Of a DNA stretch of 64,000 nt, positions 45,808 to 55,075 are shown piece after piece; within the stretch, counting starts at the first letter, position 1; every line of letters starts with the position of its first letter. Source of the stretch: Vicinamibacterales bacterium (GTDB lineage Bacteria; Acidobacteriota; Vicinamibacteria; Vicinamibacterales; UBA8438); NCBI GenBank assembly GCA_963663815.1, contig OY760734.1. The stretch is one strand, 5' to 3'. Made by a program: the position numbers and the translations under genes. The notes under the pieces were generated by a model, which worked only from the letters and a program-made list of their open reading frames with translations, ran no database searches and was not told where the DNA came from.

Positions 45808-46235
45808 ACCAGCAGAACCTCGACTTCCGCGTCACCCGCGACATCCGCAACGCGCCGATCGTCCGCGAGCTCGACCGCCGCCGGCAGCGCGAGCTGTGGC
45901 GGTCCCTCGCGGTCGGGGTCTGCTTCGTGGCCGTGCTCCTGTTCTCCGCGTGGCAGAACTTCGAGCTGCTGAGATATGGCTACGAGATAGAGCAGATGGA
46001 GCGGGACCGGTCCGAGCAGCTCGACCTGAACCGGCACCTGCGCCTGGAGATCGAGACGTTGAGCGCCCCGCAGCGGATCGAGCGCATCGCGAGGGCCGAG
46101 CTGGGGCTGGTGGCCCCGGCCGCGGCCGGCATGCGGGTGGTCGAGCGTCAGGCGGCGTCGCCGCCGCCGGACGGCGCCCTCATCGCAGACCGGGCCGCGG
46201 GTGCCGCGCCCACCGTCCCGGTAGCTGCACGTTGA
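45804..46235 (+). CDS. ftsL: Cell division protein FtsL
   Basis: GTG 45804 overlaps the rsmH stop. 143 aa with a single TM segment (LAVGVCFVAVLLFSAW) followed by a coiled-coil. The position between rsmH and ftsI fits FtsL. Confidence 0.7.
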   Translation: MNQQNLDFRVTRDIRNAPIVRELDRRRQRELWRSLAVGVCFVAVLLFSAWQNFELLRYGYEIEQMERDRSEQLDLNRHLRLEIETLSAPQRIERIARAELGLVAPAAAGMRVVERQAASPPPDGALIADRAAGAAPTVPVAAR

Positions 46236-46242
46236 GAAGACG

Positions 46243-48246
46243 ATGGCGATGAACCCCGGCGCGCCCGGCGATTGGCGGCGGGTCCTGCTCCCGCGGGTCC
46301 GGCTCGCCGCCTGCGTGATGGTGCTGTGGGGCCTGGCCATCGGGGGCCGGCTCGTCCAGCTCCAGGTCGTCAGCCACGACTTCTACGTCCAACGGGCCGA
46401 GGACCAGCACGAGCGCGCCATCGAGACCCCGGCCCGCCGCGGCGAGCTCCTCGACCGCGACGGGCGCGTGCTGGCCTTCGACGTGGCCGCCGACACCGTC
46501 ATCGCCGAGCCGAGGAAGGTGGACGATCCGGCGGAGACGGCCCGGCGGCTCTGCGCGGTCATGGCGTGCAAGCCGGACCGGCAGGCGCGGCTCGAGTCGA
46601 TCTTCGAGAGGGACAGCGCCTTCGCCTACGTCGAGCGGCAGATCTCGCCCCGGGTGGCCGAGCGCATACGCGAGCTCGGCCTCGACGGCATCGACTTCCT
46701 CAAGGAGAACCGGCGCTACTATCCCAACGGCGCCCTCGCCGCGCACCTCCTCGGCCACGCCGGCGTCGACAACCAGGGGCTGCACGGACTGGAATCGCTG
46801 TACGAGCGGACGCTGACCGGCGAGCCGGGGAGAATCCTGGTGCAGCGCGACGCCCAGCAGCAGGCGTTCAGCCGCGTCGAGCGGCGGCCGACGGCGGGGG
46901 TCTCGCTCGAGCTCTCCATCGACAGCTACATTCAGCACGTCGCCGAGCGGGAGCTCCGCGCCGCGGTCCGCGAGCACGGCGCGGAAGGCGGCAGCGTCGT
47001 GGTCCTGGACCCGGGCACCGGCGACATCCTCGCCCTCGCCAACGAGCCCACGTTCAACCCGAACGCGTGGGCCGGCTCCCCGTCCGACGCGCGCCGGAAC
47101 CGGGCGACGCAGGACGTCTACGAGCCGGGGTCGACCTTCAAGATCGTCACCGCCTCGGCCGCCCTCGAGGAGCAGGTGTTCCGCCCCGGCGACGTCATCG
47201 ACGTGAGCCCCGGCGTCATCTTCTACGGGGGGCGGCCGATCCGGGACTTCCGCGACTACGGGGCCCTGACGTTCGCCGACGTCATCGTCAAGTCCAGCAA
47301 CGTGGGGACGAGCCAGGTCGGGGTGGCCCTGGGGGCGGACCGGCTCAACCGCTACGTGCGGCGATTCGGCTTCGGGCACACCGCCTCGAGGGACTTCCCC
47401 GGCGAGAGCCGCGGCATCGTGCACGACGCGGCGGGGCTTCGCGAGGGGACTCTGGCCCGGGTGGCGATGGGCTACAGCGTCTCGGTCACGCCCCTCCAGA
47501 TGGCCCTCGCGATGAACGCGGTCGCCAACCGCGGCGAGCTGATGGCCCCCCGCCTGGTCCGGGCCGAGCTCCGCGGCGGCGTCCGCGAGGAGATCCCGCC
47601 GCGGGTCGTCAGGCGGGTGATCAAGGCGCGGACCGCGGACACCCTGACCCGGATCATGGAGGACGTGGTCGCCCGCGGGACGGCCCGACAGGCCCGCATC
47701 CCCGGATACGCGGCGGCCGGCAAGACCGGCACCGCCGAGAAGCTCCTGCCCGGCGGCGGCTACTCCCGCACCAACCACGTCGCCTCGTTCGGGGGGTTCG
47801 TGCCGTCCGCCCGGCCCGAGGTCACCATTCTCGTCGTCGTCGACGGCGTGGCCGGGTTCGGCGGTGCGGTCGCGGCCCCCGCGTTCCGCCGGATCGGCGA
47901 GGCCGTTCTCCACCATCTCGGCGTCGCTCCCGAGCTCGATGCGCCGCCCGCGCTGCTCGTGCCGCCCGGGCCGGCGCCGTTCCCGGGCGTGCGGACGGTC
48001 CCGGTGCGCGCGGAAGCGCCGCCCCGACCGGCCGGAACGGCGGTCGGCGCGTCCGGCTCGATGCCCGATCTGCAGGGGCTCGGCGCGCGGGCGGCGCTGG
48101 CCGTGGCGACCGATCTGGGCCTGTCGGCGCGGCTCCGGGGGCGGGGCGTCGTCGTGACGCAGTCGCCGGCGGCCGGCGATGCGATTGCGCCGGGGCAGGC
48201 GCTGCTGCTGACGCTCGACCGCCGCCGGGCGGGGGCCGGGTCATGA
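46243..48246 (+). CDS. ftsI: Peptidoglycan D,D-transpeptidase FtsI (class B PBP)
   Basis: 667 aa with an N-terminal TM segment, the STFK, SSN and KTGT active-site motifs, and a PASTA-like C-terminal segment. Confidence 0.9.
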   Translation: MAMNPGAPGDWRRVLLPRVRLAACVMVLWGLAIGGRLVQLQVVSHDFYVQRAEDQHERAIETPARRGELLDRDGRVLAFDVAADTVIAEPRKVDDPAETARRLCAVMACKPDRQARLESIFERDSAFAYVERQISPRVAERIRELGLDGIDFLKENRRYYPNGALAAHLLGHAGVDNQGLHGLESLYERTLTGEPGRILVQRDAQQQAFSRVERRPTAGVSLELSIDSYIQHVAERELRAAVREHGAEGGSVVVLDPGTGDILALANEPTFNPNAWAGSPSDARRNRATQDVYEPGSTFKIVTASAALEEQVFRPGDVIDVSPGVIFYGGRPIRDFRDYGALTFADVIVKSSNVGTSQVGVALGADRLNRYVRRFGFGHTASRDFPGESRGIVHDAAGLREGTLARVAMGYSVSVTPLQMALAMNAVANRGELMAPRLVRAELRGGVREEIPPRVVRRVIKARTADTLTRIMEDVVARGTARQARIPGYAAAGKTGTAEKLLPGGGYSRTNHVASFGGFVPSARPEVTILVVVDGVAGFGGAVAAPAFRRIGEAVLHHLGVAPELDAPPALLVPPGPAPFPGVRTVPVRAEAPPRPAGTAVGASGSMPDLQGLGARAALAVATDLGLSARLRGRGVVVTQSPAAGDAIAPGQALLLTLDRRRAGAGS

Positions 48247-49757
48247 CCGTCGGCGATCTGATGCCGCGGCTGTCCGGCCGGGTGGAGACCGGCGGCGGGC
48301 CCCCGCCGGTCGCGGCCGCCGTCCTCGAGCGGGACGCGACGGCCATCGCCTTCGATTCGCGCCGCGTCGAGCCGGGGGCGATCTTCGTGGCGATGCAGGG
48401 GCAGCACGCCGACGGCGCCGCCTTCGCGGCGGAAGCGACCCGGCGGGGGGCGGTGATGGTCGTCTCCGACTCGCCGGCGCGTCCCGGGGCCGAAGGGCGG
48501 TGGGTGCAGGTGACCGACGCGCGGCTCGCCCTCGCCGAGCTGGCGGCGGCGTTCCACGGCAACCCCAGCCGCGACCTGACGGTGGCGGGGGTCACCGGCA
48601 CCAACGGCAAGACCACCACGACGTACCTGCTGGCGGCGATCCTCGAGGCGGCGGGCCGCCCGTGCGGGCGCATCGGGACGGTGTCGTACCAGACCGGCGG
48701 TGCCGTTGCGGAGGCGCCGTTGACGACCCCCGAGGCGCCGCAGGTGCAGGCGCTGCTGCGCGAGATGGTCGAGCACGACGTCGCCGCCTGCGTGATGGAG
48801 GTGTCCTCGCACGCGTTGGCGATGCGCCGGGTGGACCAGACGCTGTTCCGGGCCGCGGTCTTCACCAACCTCACCCGGGACCACCTCGACTTCCACGCCG
48901 ACATGGCGGACTACTTCGACGCGAAGCGCCGCCTCTTCGACATGCTGCCCCTCGGCGCCCCGTCCGTCGTCAACCTCGACGACCCCGCCGGCCGCCGCCT
49001 CGCCGGCATGGTCGGCCACGCCGTGACCTACGCCGTCGACCGGCCGGCCGCGGTGCGGCCCGAGCGGGTCGTCTCGACGCGGGCGGGAACCCGGCTCGAC
49101 GTCTCGACGCCCCGAGGGCGGCTGCGGCTGCGGTCGCCGCTTCCCGGGCTCGTGAACGCCTACAACGTGCTCGCGGCCGCCGCCGCCGGCCTCGCCCTCG
49201 ACCTGCCCCTCTCCGCCATCGAGCAGGGGGTGGCCGGGCTCGACGGCGTGCCGGGGCGGTTCGAGGTCATTTCCTCGCCCGACGACGACGTGTGGGTGAT
49301 GCTCGACTTCGCCCACACCGACGACGCGCTGCGGGCGGTGCTCGGGGCGGTGCGCGAGCTCGGCGCCGGCCGCCTCGTCAGCGTCTTCGGCTGCGGCGGC
49401 GACCGCGACCGCGCCAAGCGCCCCCTGATGGGGGCGGTGGCGGCCCGGCTCAGCGACGTCGTCGTGCTGACCTCGGACAATCCGCGGTCCGAGGACCCGG
49501 ACCGCATCATCGACGAGATTCGCCGCGGCGTCCTCGCGACGGCCGGCGAGGCGGAAGGATGCCGGCACGTGGCGATCACCGACCGCCGCGCCGCCATCGA
49601 GCTCGCCATCGCCGAGGCCGAGCCGGGCGACGCGGTCGTCCTCGCCGGCAAGGGGCATGAGCGCGTGCAGGTGATCGGCGACGCGCAGCTGCCGTTCGAA
49701 GACCGCGAAGTGGCCCGGGAGGCCCTCGCGAGCCGGCGGACCCGGGCGCATGCGTGA
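48243..49757 (+). CDS. murE: UDP-N-acetylmuramoyl-L-alanyl-D-glutamate--2,6-diaminopimelate ligase
   Basis: ATGA overlap with ftsI. GVTGTNGKTTT P-loop, and DNPR in LTSDNPRSED (the meso-DAP type motif). Confidence 0.9.
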   Translation: MTVGDLMPRLSGRVETGGGPPPVAAAVLERDATAIAFDSRRVEPGAIFVAMQGQHADGAAFAAEATRRGAVMVVSDSPARPGAEGRWVQVTDARLALAELAAAFHGNPSRDLTVAGVTGTNGKTTTTYLLAAILEAAGRPCGRIGTVSYQTGGAVAEAPLTTPEAPQVQALLREMVEHDVAACVMEVSSHALAMRRVDQTLFRAAVFTNLTRDHLDFHADMADYFDAKRRLFDMLPLGAPSVVNLDDPAGRRLAGMVGHAVTYAVDRPAAVRPERVVSTRAGTRLDVSTPRGRLRLRSPLPGLVNAYNVLAAAAAGLALDLPLSAIEQGVAGLDGVPGRFEVISSPDDDVWVMLDFAHTDDALRAVLGAVRELGAGRLVSVFGCGGDRDRAKRPLMGAVAARLSDVVVLTSDNPRSEDPDRIIDEIRRGVLATAGEAEGCRHVAITDRRAAIELAIAEAEPGDAVVLAGKGHERVQVIGDAQLPFEDREVAREALASRRTRAHA

Positions 49758-49839
49758 TGGACCTCGACGGGAGGGCGCGTCATCGCGGTCGGGCCGAGGC
49801 GGCCCGGGCGGGTTGCAGGAGATGGGCGAATCGTGGTCG

Positions 49840-51240
49840 ATGACGCTGCGCGATCTGGCCGGGGCCGTCGGCAGCCGGCGGATCGCCGGGGCGGGGGAGG
49901 CCCGCGCCACCGGCGTCTCCATCGATTCCCGCTCGCTCTCCCCGGGGGACCTGTTCGTCGCCATCCGCGGCGCCCGCTTCGACGGGCACCGCTTCGTGGC
50001 CGAGGCCCTGGGGCGTGGCGCGGCGGGGGCCCTCGTCAGCGATGCGGCCGCCCTGGGAACGCCGCCGGGGCCGGGGATTGTCGTCGATGACACCCTGCGC
50101 GCGTTGCAGGCCCTGGCCCGCCACGTCCGGCGGGCCTCGGGGGCCCGGGTGGTCGCGGTGACCGGCAGCGTCGGGAAGACCACGACCAAGGAGCTGGCGG
50201 CGGCGCTGCTCGCGGGGCGGTACCGGGTGTTTCGGAATCGGGGCAACCTGAACAACCACATCGGGTTGCCGTTGTCGTTGCTGGAGCTGCGCACGCGGCC
50301 GGAGGTGGCGGTGGTGGAGCTCGGAATGAGCGGTCCCGGAGAGATTCGCCGCCTCGTGGACATCGCCGAGCCCGATCTGCGGGTGTGGACGAACGTCGCC
50401 GAGGCGCACGCCGAGTTCTTCCCCTCGATCGAGGCGATTGCCGACGCCAAGGCCGAGATCCTGACGGGGGCGGCGCGGGACACCGTGCTCGTGGCCAACG
50501 CCGCCGATCACCGGGTCATGCGGCGGGTGTCGGGGTTCCCGGGCCGGGTCGTCACGTTCGGCGTCGACGTCGAGGCGGAGGTGACCGCGGGCGCCGTCGA
50601 GGACCTCGGCCTCGACGGCATGCGCGCGCGGCTCCGGACTCCGGTCGGCGCGGCGGCGGTGCGCACGCGGCTGCTCGGCCGCGGCAACCTCGCCAACGTC
50701 CTCGCGGCGGTCGGGGTCGCGTTGACCCTCGACGTGCCGCTGGCCGAGGCGGTGGAGCGGGCGGCGGCGGTGGAGGCGCCGCCGCATCGGGGACGGATAC
50801 ACCGGCTGTCCGGCGGCGTCGTCGTCATCGACGACTCCTACAACGCCAGCCCGCTGGCGGTCGAGACGGCCCTGGCGAGCCTGCCGGGCGGCGAGGGCGG
50901 CGGCCGCCGGGTGGCGGTGCTCGGCGAGATGCTCGAGCTCGGCGCCCGTTCCGAGGACCTGCATCGGGCCGCCGGCCGGGCCGCGGCGGCGGCCGGGGTG
51001 GGGCTGCTGCTGACGGTCGGGGGCGATCCGGCGCGGGCCCTCGGCCGGGCCGCGGTCGACGCCGGCGCCGCCTCCTCGAGCGTCGTCCACTGCGAGAGCA
51101 GCGCCGAGGCGGCGGCCCGCGCGGCCGGGTCCGTCCGCGACGGCGACGTCGTGCTCGTCAAGGGGTCGCGGGGCGTGGGGACCGAGCTCGTCGTGACGCG
51201 GCTCTGCGCCGATCGGGCGGTGGAGACGGAGCGGACCTGA
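49840..51240 (+). CDS. murF: UDP-N-acetylmuramoyl-tripeptide--D-alanyl-D-alanine ligase
   Basis: Start at MTLRDLAGAVG (ATG 49840) within the 49750..51240 ORF. VTGSVGKTTTKE P-loop and the DDSYNA motif are present. Confidence 0.88.
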   Translation: MTLRDLAGAVGSRRIAGAGEARATGVSIDSRSLSPGDLFVAIRGARFDGHRFVAEALGRGAAGALVSDAAALGTPPGPGIVVDDTLRALQALARHVRRASGARVVAVTGSVGKTTTKELAAALLAGRYRVFRNRGNLNNHIGLPLSLLELRTRPEVAVVELGMSGPGEIRRLVDIAEPDLRVWTNVAEAHAEFFPSIEAIADAKAEILTGAARDTVLVANAADHRVMRRVSGFPGRVVTFGVDVEAEVTAGAVEDLGLDGMRARLRTPVGAAAVRTRLLGRGNLANVLAAVGVALTLDVPLAEAVERAAAVEAPPHRGRIHRLSGGVVVIDDSYNASPLAVETALASLPGGEGGGRRVAVLGEMLELGARSEDLHRAAGRAAAAAGVGLLLTVGGDPARALGRAAVDAGAASSSVVHCESSAEAAARAAGSVRDGDVVLVKGSRGVGTELVVTRLCADRAVETERT

Positions 51241-52304
51241 TGCTCTATCACCTGCTGTATCCGCCGCTCAACGTGGTCCAGTACATCACCGTCCGCACCG
51301 CCGCGGCCGGCACCACCGCGTTCGTGATCAGCCTCGTCGTCGGGCCGTGGCTCATCCGGACCCTCCGCGAGCTCCAGATCGGTCAGGTCGTGCGCGACGA
51401 CCTGACCGGGCACCAGTCCAAGGCCGGCACGCCCACGATGGGGGGGCTGCTCATCCTCGCCGCGGCGACGCTCCCCACGCTGGCGTGGGGCGACCTCACG
51501 AACGCCTACGTGTGGATCGCCATCCTCTCGATGATCGCGTTCGGGCTCGTCGGCTTCCTCGACGACTACCTGAAGGTCGTCCGCCGGAGCCACAACGGGC
51601 TCCGTCCCCGCTACAAGCTCGCCGGGCAGGCCGTGGTGGCCCTCGCCGTCGGCCTCGCCCTGCTGTGGATGACGGGCCGCGAGCTCTACGACACCGAGCT
51701 CGTGCTGCCGTTCTTCAAGCAGCTCACCCCCGACCTGGGGTGGCTGTACGTCCCGTTCGGGATGCTCGTGCTGGTGTTCTTCTCCAACGCCGTCAACCTG
51801 TCGGACGGGCTCGACGGCCTCGCCATCAGCCTCTTCATCGTGGCGGCGGCGGCGATGACCGCGCTGGCGTACGTCACCGGCCACGCGACCTTCGCCGAGT
51901 ACCTGCTGCTGACCCACGTGGCGCCGGCGGCCGAGCTCACGGTGTTCTGCGGCGCGCTGGTCGGGGCCGGGCTCGGCTTCCTCTGGTACAACTCGCATCC
52001 CGCCGAGATCTTCATGGGCGACGTGGGGTCCCTCGCGCTGGGCGGGGCCCTCGGCACCGTGGCCATCCTCATCAAGCAGGAGCTGTTGCTGCCCATCGTG
52101 GGCGCGGTGTTCGTCATCGAGCTCCTGTCGGTCGTCATTCAGGTCGGGTCGTTCAAGCTCACGGGCCAGCGGGTGTTCCGCATGGCCCCGCTCCACCATC
52201 ACTGCGAGCTGATCGGGTGGAGCGAGCCGAAGGTGATCAGCCGGTTCCTGATCGCCGCGGTGGTCTTCGCCTGTTTCAGCCTCGCCACCCTGAAGCTGCG
52301 ATGA
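51240..52304 (+). CDS. mraY: Phospho-N-acetylmuramoyl-pentapeptide transferase
   Basis: ATG 51240 overlaps the murF TGA. GTPTMGG, NAVNLSDGLDGLA, F.GD.GS.ALG and MAPLHHH.E..GW.E are present. Confidence 0.93.
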   Translation: MLYHLLYPPLNVVQYITVRTAAAGTTAFVISLVVGPWLIRTLRELQIGQVVRDDLTGHQSKAGTPTMGGLLILAAATLPTLAWGDLTNAYVWIAILSMIAFGLVGFLDDYLKVVRRSHNGLRPRYKLAGQAVVALAVGLALLWMTGRELYDTELVLPFFKQLTPDLGWLYVPFGMLVLVFFSNAVNLSDGLDGLAISLFIVAAAAMTALAYVTGHATFAEYLLLTHVAPAAELTVFCGALVGAGLGFLWYNSHPAEIFMGDVGSLALGGALGTVAILIKQELLLPIVGAVFVIELLSVVIQVGSFKLTGQRVFRMAPLHHHCELIGWSEPKVISRFLIAAVVFACFSLATLKLR

Positions 52305-53680
52305 GCGCATTCTCCGTGCGGGGGTCGACGGTCGTGGTGGTGGGGGCGGCCCGCAGCGGCGTGGCCGCGGCGCGGCTCCTCGCCGGCCGGGGCGCCCGGG
52401 TGGTCCTGACCGAACGGCGCCGCGAGGTCGCCGAGCCGGTGCGGCGCCTCGAGGGCGCGGGCATCGAGCTCGAGCTCGGCGGCCACCGGGCCGAGACCCT
52501 GGCCCGCGCCGACCTGGTGGTGCTGAGCCCCGGCGTGCCCCCCGCGCTGCCGGTGCTCGAGGGCGTCCGGCGGCGGGGCGTCCCCCTCATCAGCGAGCTC
52601 GAGCTGGCGTGCCGCTGGCTGCGGGGGCGCATCGTGGCGGTCACCGGCACCAAGGGCAAGTCGACGACGGTGGTGCTGGCGGGGCGGATGCTCGAAGCCG
52701 GAGGCTGGGACGTGCTGGTGGGGGGCAACACGGGCACCGCCCTCAGCACGCAGGTGGGCGAGTCGACGCCCGGGACGGTCCACGTGGTCGAGGCGTCGAG
52801 CTTTCAGCTCGAGCTGACCGAGACGTTCCGACCCTCGATCGCGGTGCTGCTCAACCTGCATCGCGACCACCTCGATCGGCACGGGGGATACCCCGCCTAC
52901 GCGGCGGCCAAGGCCCGCATCTTCGCCAACCAGACGGAGTCCGACACCCTCGTGGTGAACGCCGACGATCCCGAGGTGCTGCGGATGACGCGCGGCAGCC
53001 GCGCCCGGCGGGTGGCCTACGCCCTGACGGCGCCGGTCGAGGCGGGCATCGCGGTCGCGGGCGGCGCCATCGTGCGGCGCACCGCGGCCGGCGACGACCC
53101 CCTCGTGCCGCTGTCGGCGGTGCACCTGACGGGGCGCCACCTGTTGAGCGACGTCCTCGCCGCGGGCGCGGTGGCGAGCCTCGTCGGGGTGTCCGCGGGC
53201 GACATGACCCGGGCCGTCGACGGGTTCGCGGGGCTCGACCACGCCCTGGCCCCGGCCGGGGAGGTGACGGGGGTGCGGTTCGTCGACGACTCGAAGGCGA
53301 CCAACGTCGCGGCCGCGCGCTGCGCCATCGAGAGCTGCGGCGACCGCCTCGTGGTCATCATGGGCGGGCGCTTCAAGGGGGGCGACCTCGAGTCGCTCGC
53401 CCCGCTGCTCGAGCGCCGGGCCGACGCGGTCGTCGCCATCGGCGAGATCCGCGGACGGATCCGCGAGGCGTTCGAGGCGGTGGTGCGGGTGGTCGAGGCC
53501 GGCTCGCTCGACGACGCCGTCCGCGCCGCCTACGGGCTGGCCGCGCCCGGGGGCACGGTGCTGTTGGCGCCGGCGTGCGCCAGCCTCGACATGTTCCGGG
53601 ACTATGCGGAACGCGGCCGGGTGTTCGTGCAGGCGGTGGACCGCCTGCGGGAGGAGGTCGGAGGGAAGCGTGAGCAGTGA
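52301..53680 (+). CDS. murD: UDP-N-acetylmuramoylalanine--D-glutamate ligase
   Basis: ATGA overlap with mraY. GAARSG Rossmann-like N-terminus, VTGTKGKSTT P-loop and DDSKATN are present. Confidence 0.9.
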   Translation: MSAFSVRGSTVVVVGAARSGVAAARLLAGRGARVVLTERRREVAEPVRRLEGAGIELELGGHRAETLARADLVVLSPGVPPALPVLEGVRRRGVPLISELELACRWLRGRIVAVTGTKGKSTTVVLAGRMLEAGGWDVLVGGNTGTALSTQVGESTPGTVHVVEASSFQLELTETFRPSIAVLLNLHRDHLDRHGGYPAYAAAKARIFANQTESDTLVVNADDPEVLRMTRGSRARRVAYALTAPVEAGIAVAGGAIVRRTAAGDDPLVPLSAVHLTGRHLLSDVLAAGAVASLVGVSAGDMTRAVDGFAGLDHALAPAGEVTGVRFVDDSKATNVAAARCAIESCGDRLVVIMGGRFKGGDLESLAPLLERRADAVVAIGEIRGRIREAFEAVVRVVEAGSLDDAVRAAYGLAAPGGTVLLAPACASLDMFRDYAERGRVFVQAVDRLREEVGGKREQ

Positions 53681-53796
53681 GCAGTCATCAGTCGTGTCGC
53701 GGCGGGGGAGAGTCGACCGCTGGGAACGCAGGCTGCCTCGGTCTGCGAGGTCGGTGTCTTCTCCTCGCGCGCGGCTGATGACTGCTGACCGCTCAC
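53670..53796 (+). other. Long-range imperfect inverted repeat overlapping the murD stop codon
   Basis: GTGAGCAGTGAGCAGTCATCAG (53670-53691) matches the reverse complement of CTGATGACTGCTGACCGCTCAC (53775-53796) at 20 of 22 positions. The 83-nt interior has further short stems (CCTCG/CGAGG). Confidence 0.6.
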
Positions 53797-53870
53797 GCTA
53801 CCTGGATGTCGGGTCGAAGCGTCCCGGACTTTAGGGCCGCCTCGACCCGTCGAGGTCACGAGCTGCGACC

Positions 53871-54998
53871 ATGGCGCGAAAGCTGAAATCCGACAAGGTG
53901 CTGTTCCTCGCCACCGCGCTGCTCCTGTGCGTCAGCGTGGTCATGGTCTACAGCGCCTCGGCCGTCCTCGCCATGGGCCGTTTCGAGCAACCGCCCTGGT
54001 TCTTTCTCCTCAAGCAGGTGATCTGGGCGGTCCTCGGCATCGGCCTGCTCGGCGTCGCCATGCGGGTCGACTACCGCCTGCTGCGGCGGCCCATCGTGAT
54101 CCACGGCGCGCTGGCGATCTCCGTCGTCGCCCTCATCCTCGTCTTTTTCGGGCCCGCGATCAACGGGACGCGCCGGTGGTTCTCGGTGGGGGGCGTCGGC
54201 ATCCAGCCCTCGGAGTTCGCGAAGGTCGCGGTCATCCTGTTCGCCGCCGCCAGCCTCGAGCGGCGCATGGAGACCGTGGACCGGGCGGCCCGGGCGCTGT
54301 GGCCGGTGGCCCTCGTCACCGGCGCCGTCTGCGGCCTGATCGTGCTCGAGCCCGATTTCGGGACCGCGTTCACCCTGCTCGCGATCATCGGCGTGATGGT
54401 GTTCGCGGCGGGGCTGCCGTACCGCTACCTCGCGGGGCTGACCCTGGCCCTCGTCCCCCTGCTGTTCGCGGTCATGATCAGCGCCCCCTACCGGGTCCAG
54501 CGGCTGCTCGCGTTCCTCGATCCCTGGGCCGACCCCTACGGCAACGGATACCAGGTCATCCAGTCGCAGATCGCGGTGGGCACGGGGGGGCTTCTCGGGC
54601 AGGGCCTGATGGCCGGCGTGCAGAAGCTGTTCTACCTGCCGCATCCCCACACCGACTTCATCTATGCGGTGATCGCCGAGGAGACCGGGCTGGTCGGGGC
54701 GACCGCGGTGCTGCTGTGCTTCGGGGTCATCCTGTGGCGCGGGCTGGGGACGGCGGCGGCGGCCCCGGACCCGTTCGGGGCGTTCCTGGCCCTCGGCATC
54801 ACGATGATGGTGACGTTCCAGGCGTTCTTCAACATCAGCGTCGTGCTGGGGCTGCTGCCCACCAAGGGCATTCCGTTGCCGTTCGTCAGCGCGGGAGGCT
54901 CGTCGCTGCTCATCAACCTGTTGGCGATGGGCATTCTGCTGAACGTCTCGCAACACGCGTCGCGGCCACGGCGGATGCCGGGGGTGCGGGCCGGATGA
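53871..54998 (+). CDS. ftsW: SEDS-family peptidoglycan glycosyltransferase / cell division protein FtsW
   Basis: 375 aa with about 10 TM segments: QPSEF.K, the Q...A.G.GG..G.G......KL.YLP...TDFI.A.I.EE.G block, and the P.TG...PF.S.GGSS motif. Confidence 0.9.
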   Translation: MARKLKSDKVLFLATALLLCVSVVMVYSASAVLAMGRFEQPPWFFLLKQVIWAVLGIGLLGVAMRVDYRLLRRPIVIHGALAISVVALILVFFGPAINGTRRWFSVGGVGIQPSEFAKVAVILFAAASLERRMETVDRAARALWPVALVTGAVCGLIVLEPDFGTAFTLLAIIGVMVFAAGLPYRYLAGLTLALVPLLFAVMISAPYRVQRLLAFLDPWADPYGNGYQVIQSQIAVGTGGLLGQGLMAGVQKLFYLPHPHTDFIYAVIAEETGLVGATAVLLCFGVILWRGLGTAAAAPDPFGAFLALGITMMVTFQAFFNISVVLGLLPTKGIPLPFVSAGGSSLLINLLAMGILLNVSQHASRPRRMPGVRAG

Positions 54999-55075
54999 GC
55001 GCGTTGACGGCAGGACGGCGGGCGGCCGCGGGCCGGGCGGCGAGGTGGCGGGATGCGCGGGAGAGGGAGCGGGTG

